Shown here: in pieces, positions 1-7,023 of the stretch | Layout: every line of letters begins with the position of its first letter | How positions within the stretch are numbered: the stretch's first letter is position 1 | Assembly: GCA_965214705.1 (NCBI GenBank) | Contig: OZ243972.1 | Coordinates: forward strand, 3,744,001 to 3,808,000 | Length of the DNA stretch: 64,000 bases | Direction: 5' to 3' | Source of the DNA: Alphaproteobacteria bacterium | Lineage (GTDB): Bacteria; Pseudomonadota; Alphaproteobacteria; UBA828 | Position numbers and translations under genes: made by a program | Notes under the pieces: generated by a model | Told to the model about the DNA's origin: nothing | Database searches by the model: none | Seen by the model: only the letters and a program-made list of their open reading frames with translations

Positions 1-412
1 TGCCGATCTCCGAGATCATTGGTTCGCCTCGACCGTCGAGGCCATCCTGCCATCCCGACAGGAAGCGAGACGCTTCGTCGGCGACGGCACGTTCTTCGAG
101 GGCGTCACTCTGCAGCCGCTGGCCGCCGCGGCCGGCCGGCCGCTGCACGTTCGCTGGTCCATCGAGGGCGGCCGCGTCCTCTATAGCGAATACGGCGCGG
201 AGCCCTGGACCATTCTCGGCGAGCAAGGCAGCGGGCTCAGCTTTCAGTATGCCGATTCATCGAGGCAGTGGCTCGAGCGGTGGCCGATAGAGGGGAGCCG
301 GGAGCACATCCCGCGCATGGTCCGCCTGTTGTCGGCCGACGGCCGGACCCTCTGGCTCGCGCACTTCGACCTCTACCCCGAGCCGGTCCCCAACTACCGG
401 GAGGAATTCTGA
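1..412 (+). CDS. gspJ: Type II secretion pseudopilin GspJ-like protein, 5'-truncated by window edge
   Basis: Frame from nt 2 is open (ADLRDHWFAS...LSFQYADSSRQWLERWP...IPRMVRLL...REEF*) to TGA 410-412, which overlaps the gspK ATG. Position and the F.Y...W...WP...P..VRL tail fit GspJ. Not in the ORF track. Confidence 0.65.
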   Translation, partial: ADLRDHWFASTVEAILPSRQEARRFVGDGTFFEGVTLQPLAAAAGRPLHVRWSIEGGRVLYSEYGAEPWTILGEQGSGLSFQYADSSRQWLERWPIEGSREHIPRMVRLLSADGRTLWLAHFDLYPEPVPNYREEF

Positions 413-1452
413 TGGTCGGTCGCGCAAACGCGAACGGTTTCGTGCTGGTCGTCACGCTATGGGCGCTGGCAGCGCTCGGGCTGCTCGCCACCTATATCAA
501 CCATGTGGTGGCGACCGACGTCGACCACGCCATCGAAGAAAAGCGTGCCTTCCAGGCCGAACTCGAACGGCGCAGTACGGAGTCGACGTTGATCTACCTT
601 CTCGCCACCGGACGCATGAACCATCACGCTCTGATCCTGGAAGAGGAGCAGCAGTTCTTCGATCCGAGGCGCAACCAGACGCCGTCTCCTTTCAACGTTC
701 GAGGAGAGTTGCAGGTCACCGGCGCCGCCTATGCCGGCCTTGGAGAAACCCGCTTCTCCATCCAGGACGAGGGCGGACTGATTTCGGTCAACGCGCCACG
801 CTTTCCACCATTCGCGGCCTTTCTGGAACGCATCGGGCTTGCCGAAGAGGATACACGCCAGGTCATCGCCCGGATCGACGACTACATCGACACCGACGAC
901 ACTCTCAATCTGGGTGGCGCAGAGCGTCAGGATTATCAGCGCCAGGGCAAGGCGCCGCCGCTCAATTGGATCATGTCGAGCCCGATGGAACTCGGCGACG
1001 TTCTCGGTATCGAGAGCCTGATTCCCCGGGAGAGCTGGCCGCGGCTTTGGCCGGTGCTGACGACGCGTCCCGTCTCCAACTACAACTTCAACACCATGCA
1101 TCCCGAAATCCTCGCGGCCGTTCTCGAGCTTGACGCGTACGGCGTGCGCGGCGTTCTCAACGAGCGCGAGAAGGGCCCGCTGACGCGGCAGACCCAGCTA
1201 GCCATGCTGAGCGGTAAGCATCTGGACATCGACGAAATGGAAGTGGCCGTGGTACCGTCGAATTTCCTGAAGTTGGCGGTCTGGCATGAGACCGTGGGGC
1301 CGCGCTCGGTTGTCGGCATCGAACTGACGCCGCTCGGCGAGGTGGCCCCGTGGCGCAAGGATTATCGGTACTCGGAACCTGCTCCCCAGCGCGAAGATTC
1401 GGGCATTCCCAGTGATCCTCCTCTCGAAGCTGCGACGCCTCTTCTTCGGTAA
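412..1452 (+). CDS. gspK: Type II secretion protein K (GspK)
   Basis: ATG 412 gives MVGRANANG-FVLVVTLWALAALGLLA (prepilin-like). Motifs IQDEGGLISVN, DYIDTDD...GAE..DY and NFNT are typical of GspK. Confidence 0.9.
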   Translation: MVGRANANGFVLVVTLWALAALGLLATYINHVVATDVDHAIEEKRAFQAELERRSTESTLIYLLATGRMNHHALILEEEQQFFDPRRNQTPSPFNVRGELQVTGAAYAGLGETRFSIQDEGGLISVNAPRFPPFAAFLERIGLAEEDTRQVIARIDDYIDTDDTLNLGGAERQDYQRQGKAPPLNWIMSSPMELGDVLGIESLIPRESWPRLWPVLTTRPVSNYNFNTMHPEILAAVLELDAYGVRGVLNEREKGPLTRQTQLAMLSGKHLDIDEMEVAVVPSNFLKLAVWHETVGPRSVVGIELTPLGEVAPWRKDYRYSEPAPQREDSGIPSDPPLEAATPLLR

Positions 1453-2500
1453 GCCGAACGCCATCCAGACCCAGGCCGGCGCCCGCCGGCTGTCCTTCCG
1501 GTCGTCGATGCCCAACTGGATCGTGGGCCGGGGGCTTTGCATGTTTCGCTGCGAGGACTTCAGCGCTGTTCCCCGCAGTCGGCGCCGCGCGGCGCTGGAG
1601 TTCAAGCTGCCGGTCTGGAGCCCGTTCGAGCGCACCGGCCATCACGCCGTGTGGTCCGGCGGCGTGGCCATGGTCTGGTTTTGGGACAATGACAAGATCG
1701 CCCCGGCCCGCGAGCGTTTCTCCACGCTGTTTCCCAGGACACGAGGCGGCGTTCCGGCGCGCCTTCGAACGCTGCCCGAGACGGTGTTCTACGGGCGAAG
1801 GGCGGATGGGCTTCGCCTGCAGCCCTGCGCCGACGGCTTCGAGCTGCAACGCTGGCGCGCGAACGTGCTGGCCGACTCGTTCTGGTTCCCGGCCTACCCT
1901 CAGGAGAGCCAGCTGAGCTGGTTCGTGGCGCGGCAGGAGGGCGACGGCGGGTCGCCGCCGCTGACCTTCGGAGACATGCCGGCGCCGGCAAGCGACCAGA
2001 TGGCGCGGGAACCGTGGTCCGTTTCCCTCGATCCTCAGGAGTGGTTCGCGGCGAGCGGGGGCACTCTCGCCGCCGCGTGTCTCCTCGCGCTGGTTCTTAT
2101 CGTGCTGTGGCAGGAAGTTCGCTACTGGAAGATCAGCGAGCTGGAAGAAGCCGCGGCGCGGGAGTTCGACCGCTTGCAGGAGCAGCTCACGCCGATCCTC
2201 GAGGCACGCAACGAGCTGATCGACTTGCGCCGAACGAACCAGGCGCTTCTCCAAATTCTGCAAACGCCGTCGCAGGCCCACTTGATGAGCGCGATGGACC
2301 GCGCCATTCCGAGCGCGAACGCGGAGCTACGCGAATGGCGCTACCAGCAGGGAGAGCTCACGGTATCGATCGAGGATCGGCACGCCGATCCCATCGCTTA
2401 CATCCGCGCGCTTGAGGCGGTGCCTCTGTTCACGCAGGTCAAGGCCGAACCGGGCCCCGGTCAGGATCGCCTTGAGATTACCCTGACAGTGCGGGAATGA
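1412..2500 (+). CDS. gspL: T2SS GspL/PilN-like inner-membrane assembly protein
   Basis: Follows gspK. Cytoplasmic N-domain (WSPF...WFWD), one TM helix (LAAACLLALVLIVLW), coiled coil, PilN-like C-domain (YIRALEAVPLFTQVKAE). Start uncertain. Confidence 0.65.
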   Translation: MILLSKLRRLFFGKPNAIQTQAGARRLSFRSSMPNWIVGRGLCMFRCEDFSAVPRSRRRAALEFKLPVWSPFERTGHHAVWSGGVAMVWFWDNDKIAPARERFSTLFPRTRGGVPARLRTLPETVFYGRRADGLRLQPCADGFELQRWRANVLADSFWFPAYPQESQLSWFVARQEGDGGSPPLTFGDMPAPASDQMAREPWSVSLDPQEWFAASGGTLAAACLLALVLIVLWQEVRYWKISELEEAAAREFDRLQEQLTPILEARNELIDLRRTNQALLQILQTPSQAHLMSAMDRAIPSANAELREWRYQQGELTVSIEDRHADPIAYIRALEAVPLFTQVKAEPGPGQDRLEITLTVRE

Positions 2501-2843
2501 AGGGACCGGCGCGCGCGCTTCGTCCGTTCTTCGCGGGGCTCGCCGCGAATGCCCGGCTGCGGTGGGGCGTCCGGCTTATCCTCGGCCTTCTCATCGGCTA
2601 CGCAATCCTGCTGCAGACCGAGCGTCTCGCCGCGGTCCGGAACGACCACGACGCCGAGCTCGAACGTCTCAAGAAAGCCGAGACCCTGCTTGAACAGCAA
2701 GACGCAGTTGATCTGCTCGCAACCGAGCGAGAGAACCAGCGCAAGATCAGGTCGATGTTCTGGCAGGCGGAAACCGAGGGGCTGGCACAGGCTAAGCTTC
2801 AGGCGGCGCTTGCCCAGCTATTCGGCAATTTCGGGTTGACCAA
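2497..2843 (+). pseudogene. gspM: GspM-like T2SS protein, N-terminal fragment (split by mobile element)
   Basis: ATGA overlap with gspL; TM helix then coiled coil and AETEGLAQAKLQAAL. Host sequence ends at ...TTGACCAA (2843); the ORF reads into the element and stops at 2925. Confidence 0.75.
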
Positions 2844-2847
2844 GGTT

Positions 2848-2889
2848 AAGGGTTGGGCAGGCTCTCTCTCGAGAGCCTGCCCAACCCTT
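2848..2889. repeat. Perfect 19-bp-stem hairpin at the transposase-distal end of the element (ori-like end)
   Basis: AAGGGTTGGGCAGGCTCTC (2848-2866), loop TCTC, GAGAGCCTGCCCAACCCTT (2871-2889). Confidence 0.95.
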
Positions 2890-2903
2890 TTGAACGAAGC
2901 CGC
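2890..2903. repeat. 14-bp inverted repeat, left (subterminal) copy
   Basis: TTGAACGAAGCCGC is the exact reverse complement of GCGGCTTCGTTCAA at 5496-5509. Confidence 0.95.
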
Positions 2904-3151
2904 GGGCCACGAGAGGCGAAGTTGAGCTATGTGGAAAGTGCGCTGATGTCAGCGTCAGGCGGCATCCACCGGCAGCAGAGTTGCGCATAAAATCGACGCT
3001 CGCGCCGGTCTTTCGGCAGGCATGCGGGCGCACGCTGCGAGGACTGAGCGGGGTGTGAGCCGAGGGCTGTCAGCCCGGCTCAAGCGGAGACAGGTTCGGT
3101 CGTGCGTCGGCGCTTTGGCGCCGTTGCGCGGGGCCGAAGCGAGCGGGCGTC

Positions 3152-4393
3152 TCACGGTTTCCCCCTGTGGGTCGGCGGCAGCGCCGGCGGGCCGCGCGTC
3201 GAGCGGGGCTCATGGCGGCGGCGGATTTCGCGGACGAGGCGCATGACGCCGCCGCAGTGGGGGCAGGCCACGGGCGCGGTGCCGATCTCGGGCTCTTCGT
3301 CGGGCTCGGCCCGAGCGCCGTCCACGCTTCCCTCGGGGGCGGCGCAGCCGAGGGCGCCGAGAGCCTGGCGTGCTCTCTCCAGCGTGCTGGCGCGGCAGCC
3401 GTTGGCGAGGATGCCGAAGTAGCGAATGCGGTGCATGCCGTCCGGCAGGACGTGCCTCAGGAAGCGGCGGATGAACTCGTCGGCGCTCACGGTGGCGATG
3501 CCGTAGCGCGGCTTTCTCTGCCCCGGCGCCTTGGGCTTTCGGTGGCGGAAGGAGACCGTCTCGCCGTCGAAGGAGACGATGCGGCTGTCGGAGATGGCGA
3601 TCCTGTGCGTGTAGTGCGAGAGGTACCGGAAGACCTGCTCAGGCCCGCGGAAGGGCCGCTTGGCGTAGACCACCCAGTCCCTGGCCCGGGCGGCGGCAAG
3701 CGTGGCGTGGAACTCGCCGGGATTGGCGAGGTGGGCGAGGGTGCCGTGGAACTCCAGGTCCCCCCGGCCGTGGGCGCGGGCGAGCTCCTCGAGGAAGAGG
3801 CGGCGGAACAGGCTGCCGAGGACCTTGACGGGGGCGAGGAAGGTGGTGCTCCCCGTCTTCCACTCGCCACTGTCTACGTCGAAGCCCGCGTTGGGCACGA
3901 CCACGTGCAGGTGCGGGTGGAAGCGGAGCTTCTGATCCCAGGTATGGAGGACCGCGGTGCCGCCGATGCGCATGCCGCCGTGGCGGGGATCGGCGGCGAT
4001 GGTGCGCAGGGTCTCGGCGACGGCCCGGAAGAGGATGTCGAACACCACCCTGCGGTTGCAGAAGGCAATGGCGGCAACCTCCTTGGGCAGGGTGAAGACC
4101 ACATGGAAGTAGGGCACCGGCAGGATGTCCCCGGCGCGCTCCTCGCTCCAGAGGTTGGCGGCGAGACCCTGGCAGGTGGGGCAGTGGCGGTTGCGGCAGG
4201 AGTTGAAGAGCGGATGCTCGCGCCCGCAGCCCTCGCAGGCGTACATGTGGCCGCCGAGCACGGCGGTGCGGCACGCCTCGATGGCGCCCATGACCTTGAG
4301 CCGGGCGGCGTCGATGCGCCCTTTGTGGCGCTCACGGAAAGCGGCGCCGGCGCGGCGGAAGATCTCCGCCACGCCCGCGCGTTCGGCCTCCAC
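3152..4393 (-). CDS. IS91-family transposase (zinc-binding N-domain + Y2 HUH domain)
   Basis: CEGCG...SCRNRHCPTCQ zinc motif, YFHVVFTLP, LHTW...HPHLH (HUH), YLSHYTHR (YxxxY), FIRRFLRHVLP.G.HRIRYFGILAN, C-terminal CPHCGG. Confidence 0.95.
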   Translation of the reverse strand: MEAERAGVAEIFRRAGAAFRERHKGRIDAARLKVMGAIEACRTAVLGGHMYACEGCGREHPLFNSCRNRHCPTCQGLAANLWSEERAGDILPVPYFHVVFTLPKEVAAIAFCNRRVVFDILFRAVAETLRTIAADPRHGGMRIGGTAVLHTWDQKLRFHPHLHVVVPNAGFDVDSGEWKTGSTTFLAPVKVLGSLFRRLFLEELARAHGRGDLEFHGTLAHLANPGEFHATLAAARARDWVVYAKRPFRGPEQVFRYLSHYTHRIAISDSRIVSFDGETVSFRHRKPKAPGQRKPRYGIATVSADEFIRRFLRHVLPDGMHRIRYFGILANGCRASTLERARQALGALGCAAPEGSVDGARAEPDEEPEIGTAPVACPHCGGVMRLVREIRRRHEPRSTRGPPALPPTHRGKP

Positions 4394-4399
4394 GCGCCG

Positions 4400-5278
4400 T
4401 CAGTTGCGCAACGCTGCGAAGCCTGAGATCGGGTGGTCGAGGCCCTCGAACATCTTGCCGGTGACGCGGGCGTAGTGACGGGTCGTGTTCGCGCTTCGAT
4501 GGCCGAGCATGTCCCGGATCACCTCGATATCGCCGCCGCGCTCGAGGAGATGGGTCGCCGCCGAATGGCGCAGGCAATGGAAGGTGTAGCTGCGGTCGAG
4601 CTCGGCAATGTCGCGCGCCCTCCTGAAGGCGGCCTGCAAGGTCTCCGTTGCGATGGGCCTGTCGAGCGAGACGCCGTAGAAGAGCCAGCTCGTCGGACGC
4701 GGCCAGATGTTCCTGTAGTAGACGCGCAAGTAGTGGATGACGATGTCCGGCAACGGTGCCATTCTCTCGGTGCCGCCTTTGCCGGAGGGGATGTGCAGCA
4801 GCTTCTTCTCCGACAGGATGTCGCCGACCTTGATGGCCAAGGTCTCGGAGATGCGGAGCCCGCCGCCATAGCCGGTGACAATGGCAGCACGGTGGCGGAG
4901 GTCGGGTGTCGCAAGGATGAGGTGCTCGACCTCCTGCTCCGACATGTAGCGCGGCAGCTTGCCGGGCTTCTTGCGGGAGCGCAGGCCGGCGACATGGTCA
5001 GGCCAGCCGAGTGTGTCGATGTAGAGGAAGTTCAGCGCGGCGAAGGAGACGTTGGTCGTGCCCGGACTGAGCCCCTTGTCGATCCGCCCCAGGTACCACT
5101 GGCGCACCTGCTCGGCGTCGAGCTCGTCCGGCGAGGCGTCGTAGTACCTGGCCAGGTTCTTGATCTCGCAGATGTAGGCCTTGGACGTGCTCGCGGCCAG
5201 ATTGGCGATGCGGAGCTGCTCCTCCATGCGCTGGCGAAGAGGGGTGACGGTGTTCGTGTCGCACGCGGTCCCGGTCAT
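4400..5278 (-). CDS. Tyrosine recombinase/integrase (XerC/D-like) paired with the IS91 transposase
   Basis: Catalytic set intact: GLRISE, GKGG, HCLRHS, LGH, TTRHYA. N-terminal SAM-like domain starting TPLRQRM. ATG 5278 preferred over the track start 5440. Confidence 0.93.
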   Translation of the reverse strand: MTGTACDTNTVTPLRQRMEEQLRIANLAASTSKAYICEIKNLARYYDASPDELDAEQVRQWYLGRIDKGLSPGTTNVSFAALNFLYIDTLGWPDHVAGLRSRKKPGKLPRYMSEQEVEHLILATPDLRHRAAIVTGYGGGLRISETLAIKVGDILSEKKLLHIPSGKGGTERMAPLPDIVIHYLRVYYRNIWPRPTSWLFYGVSLDRPIATETLQAAFRRARDIAELDRSYTFHCLRHSAATHLLERGGDIEVIRDMLGHRSANTTRHYARVTGKMFEGLDHPISGFAALRN

Positions 5279-5495
5279 TATCGATCTCCCTGGATCGCGA
5301 CGGCGCGCCGCCGGACCGATCCGGCGACGGTCCGTCGCAGGGGTCGATGCTAACCACTGGTGATCGGGAGGCTGCTGGGGATCCGCCACCCGACGGGCGG
5401 AGCGCCACTGACGCAACCGGGAAGCGAACGCACAGAACAAACGGCACCCGCGACGCCTCGGAAATGAATGAACTCTACGCCGCTAACTCCGCGTA

Positions 5496-5509
5496 GCGGC
5501 TTCGTTCAA
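5496..5509. repeat. 14-bp inverted repeat, right (terminal) copy, overlapping a 7-bp hairpin
   Basis: GCGGCTTCGTTCAA; GCCGCTA (5479-5485) can also pair with TAGCGGC (5494-5500). Confidence 0.9.
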
Positions 5510-5756
5510 TACCCATTTCCGGTCGGGCTCAGGCCAACCGGTCCCTGACTTGCCGGGGATTTGGAGAATACAAGTCCGCATGGATACCAATTACCGGCCG
5601 GGACTGGAGCTTCGCATACTCCATGCTCTCGCGACCCATCCCAACAAGCTTATCGTCGATCGTCTCGATCTCAAGCGCCACAATCAGAACGAGGCCTATC
5701 TCGTCCTTATCGTTTCATCCTACTTCGTGGGCGTGGCCACACAGGAAACTAGCTGA
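5510..5756 (+). pseudogene. gspM: GspM-like T2SS protein, C-terminal fragment
   Basis: (N)THFRSGSGQPVPDLPGIWRIQVRM...KLIVDRLDL...YF...* joins the N-fragment in frame (347+247=594 nt, 197 aa). Confidence 0.75.
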
Positions 5757-7014
5757 AGAAAGCGAAATCCTCGGTATTATTGAATGGGAAGCGCAGGGCG
5801 CCGGCCGTGTGCTCGATGCCGAGGTAGCGGCGCAGCGCCTTGTGCACGTGCTTCGGGTAGATGATCGTGCCGTAAGTGTCGTCGCGGCGGAGCGTCGCCG
5901 GGTCGATCTTGTAGGCGAAGTGCAGACCGTCCGTCTCGCCCACCGCGCGCCCGGTCCATGACCGGTTCTTCTCCATGACCACGTAGCTCCCGATCGGCCA
6001 GTGATCCTTGCCGTTCACCGAGTTGTAGAAGTTCGTGCGCCCGAAGTCAGAGCCGATCACCACTACCATGCGGTCGGCCACGCCGTGCTCCTCGGAATAG
6101 TCCCAGAGATAGTCCACCGCATCGGTGAGGTTCTCGAACAGCCACCTATGCGGCGGGTCGTGGTTCGTATGGGTATCGAAGCCGCCGAGCCAGAGATCGG
6201 CGCTCACCGCGACGCCTGTCTTGAAGGCCAGCACCGTCAGCTGCGCCTGCCGGCGCAGGGAGCTGCGGTTGTCTTGCGTTTCCACCGGTTGCTCGAGCTG
6301 GTCCTCCGGCGGGATGGCATCGGCATAGGCCTTCAGCCCCTCGGCAGCGAAGGAGGAGCCATAGAAGCCTAGATGCATCTCATCCCCCGGCAGCAGGTCC
6401 GGGGTCTCAGAAAGACGCGCCACCGTCGCCGCCCGGTGCGACGCCATCGCCTCCCAGTCCTCATCGCTGAAGAACGACCCCATGTCGTCGATGGGAGAGG
6501 CGATCTCGTGCAACAGACGCGGGTCGTCGAGGCGGGTGAAGCGGGTCAGGCCTGCGGTGTTCGAGAAGCCGCCGAAGCTGAGATAAGGCACCGGAAGGGT
6601 CGGGGCATAGTGGGCGGCGCATAGCGCGCCCAGCGTCGGATAGCCCTCGGAGTTCCGCCCGCTCCAGTTGTGGACGATGCCGACCGAGTGCGCGTTCGTC
6701 TGGGCGTCGACGCCGTTGATGACCAGCATCATGCGGTTATACTTCTCGAAGAACGCTTGGTTGCCGGCGAAAGGGGCATAAGTGAGGTTGCCGGCCTGGC
6801 GGATCTCATCGGTCTCCGCCCAGTGGTTGATGACCTTCTCGCCCGGTGTATTGGCCTTGGGGTCGCAGAAGCTGGTGGGGTCCCAGCCGCCGTCGGCCTG
6901 AACGAAGACGAAGAGCTTGCCGGAATGGTCTGCGGCATGGACCAGCGGCAGGCGGAACCCCGGCGCCGCAGCGGCGAGGGCCAGCAGACCCTTGAGCACG
7001 GAGCGTCGGTTCAT
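5749..7014 (-). CDS. DUF1501 family protein with Tat signal
   Basis: MNRRSVLKGLLALAAAA twin-arginine signal; motifs DGGWDP, GGFDTH, SDFGRT, GKDHWP. Confidence 0.85.
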   Translation of the reverse strand: MNRRSVLKGLLALAAAAPGFRLPLVHAADHSGKLFVFVQADGGWDPTSFCDPKANTPGEKVINHWAETDEIRQAGNLTYAPFAGNQAFFEKYNRMMLVINGVDAQTNAHSVGIVHNWSGRNSEGYPTLGALCAAHYAPTLPVPYLSFGGFSNTAGLTRFTRLDDPRLLHEIASPIDDMGSFFSDEDWEAMASHRAATVARLSETPDLLPGDEMHLGFYGSSFAAEGLKAYADAIPPEDQLEQPVETQDNRSSLRRQAQLTVLAFKTGVAVSADLWLGGFDTHTNHDPPHRWLFENLTDAVDYLWDYSEEHGVADRMVVVIGSDFGRTNFYNSVNGKDHWPIGSYVVMEKNRSWTGRAVGETDGLHFAYKIDPATLRRDDTYGTIIYPKHVHKALRRYLGIEHTAGALRFPFNNTEDFAFFS

Positions 7015-7023
7015 CCCGGCCTC

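Larger units (their letters stand above)
2844..5509 (-). mobile_element. Two-gene element: tyrosine recombinase + IS91-family (HUH Y2) transposase, 2666 bp
   Basis: Removing 2844-5509 restores one 594-nt gspM ORF. CAA lies at both junctions (2841-2843, 5507-5509). 14-bp inverted repeats and a 19-bp hairpin lie at the ends. Confidence 0.9.

Noticed and set aside
2925-3150. Hairpins downstream of the IS91 transposase as a guide or ncRNA
   Set aside because: Short dyads exist (2941-2954, 3056-3082), but there is no TnpB/IscB or IS110-type protein and no conservation evidence, so an RNA gene cannot be supported.
2844-5509. The tyrosine recombinase as an integron integrase or prophage integrase
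   Set aside because: No IntI-specific insertion recognised, no attC cassettes or phage genes; it is tightly coupled to the IS91 transposase within defined ends.
2890-5509. The 14-bp inverted repeats as the element's true termini or as an invertible switch
   Set aside because: gspM is restored only by cutting at 2843/2844, so the left repeat is 46 bp internal. Inversion cannot be excluded without reads, but nothing here supports it.
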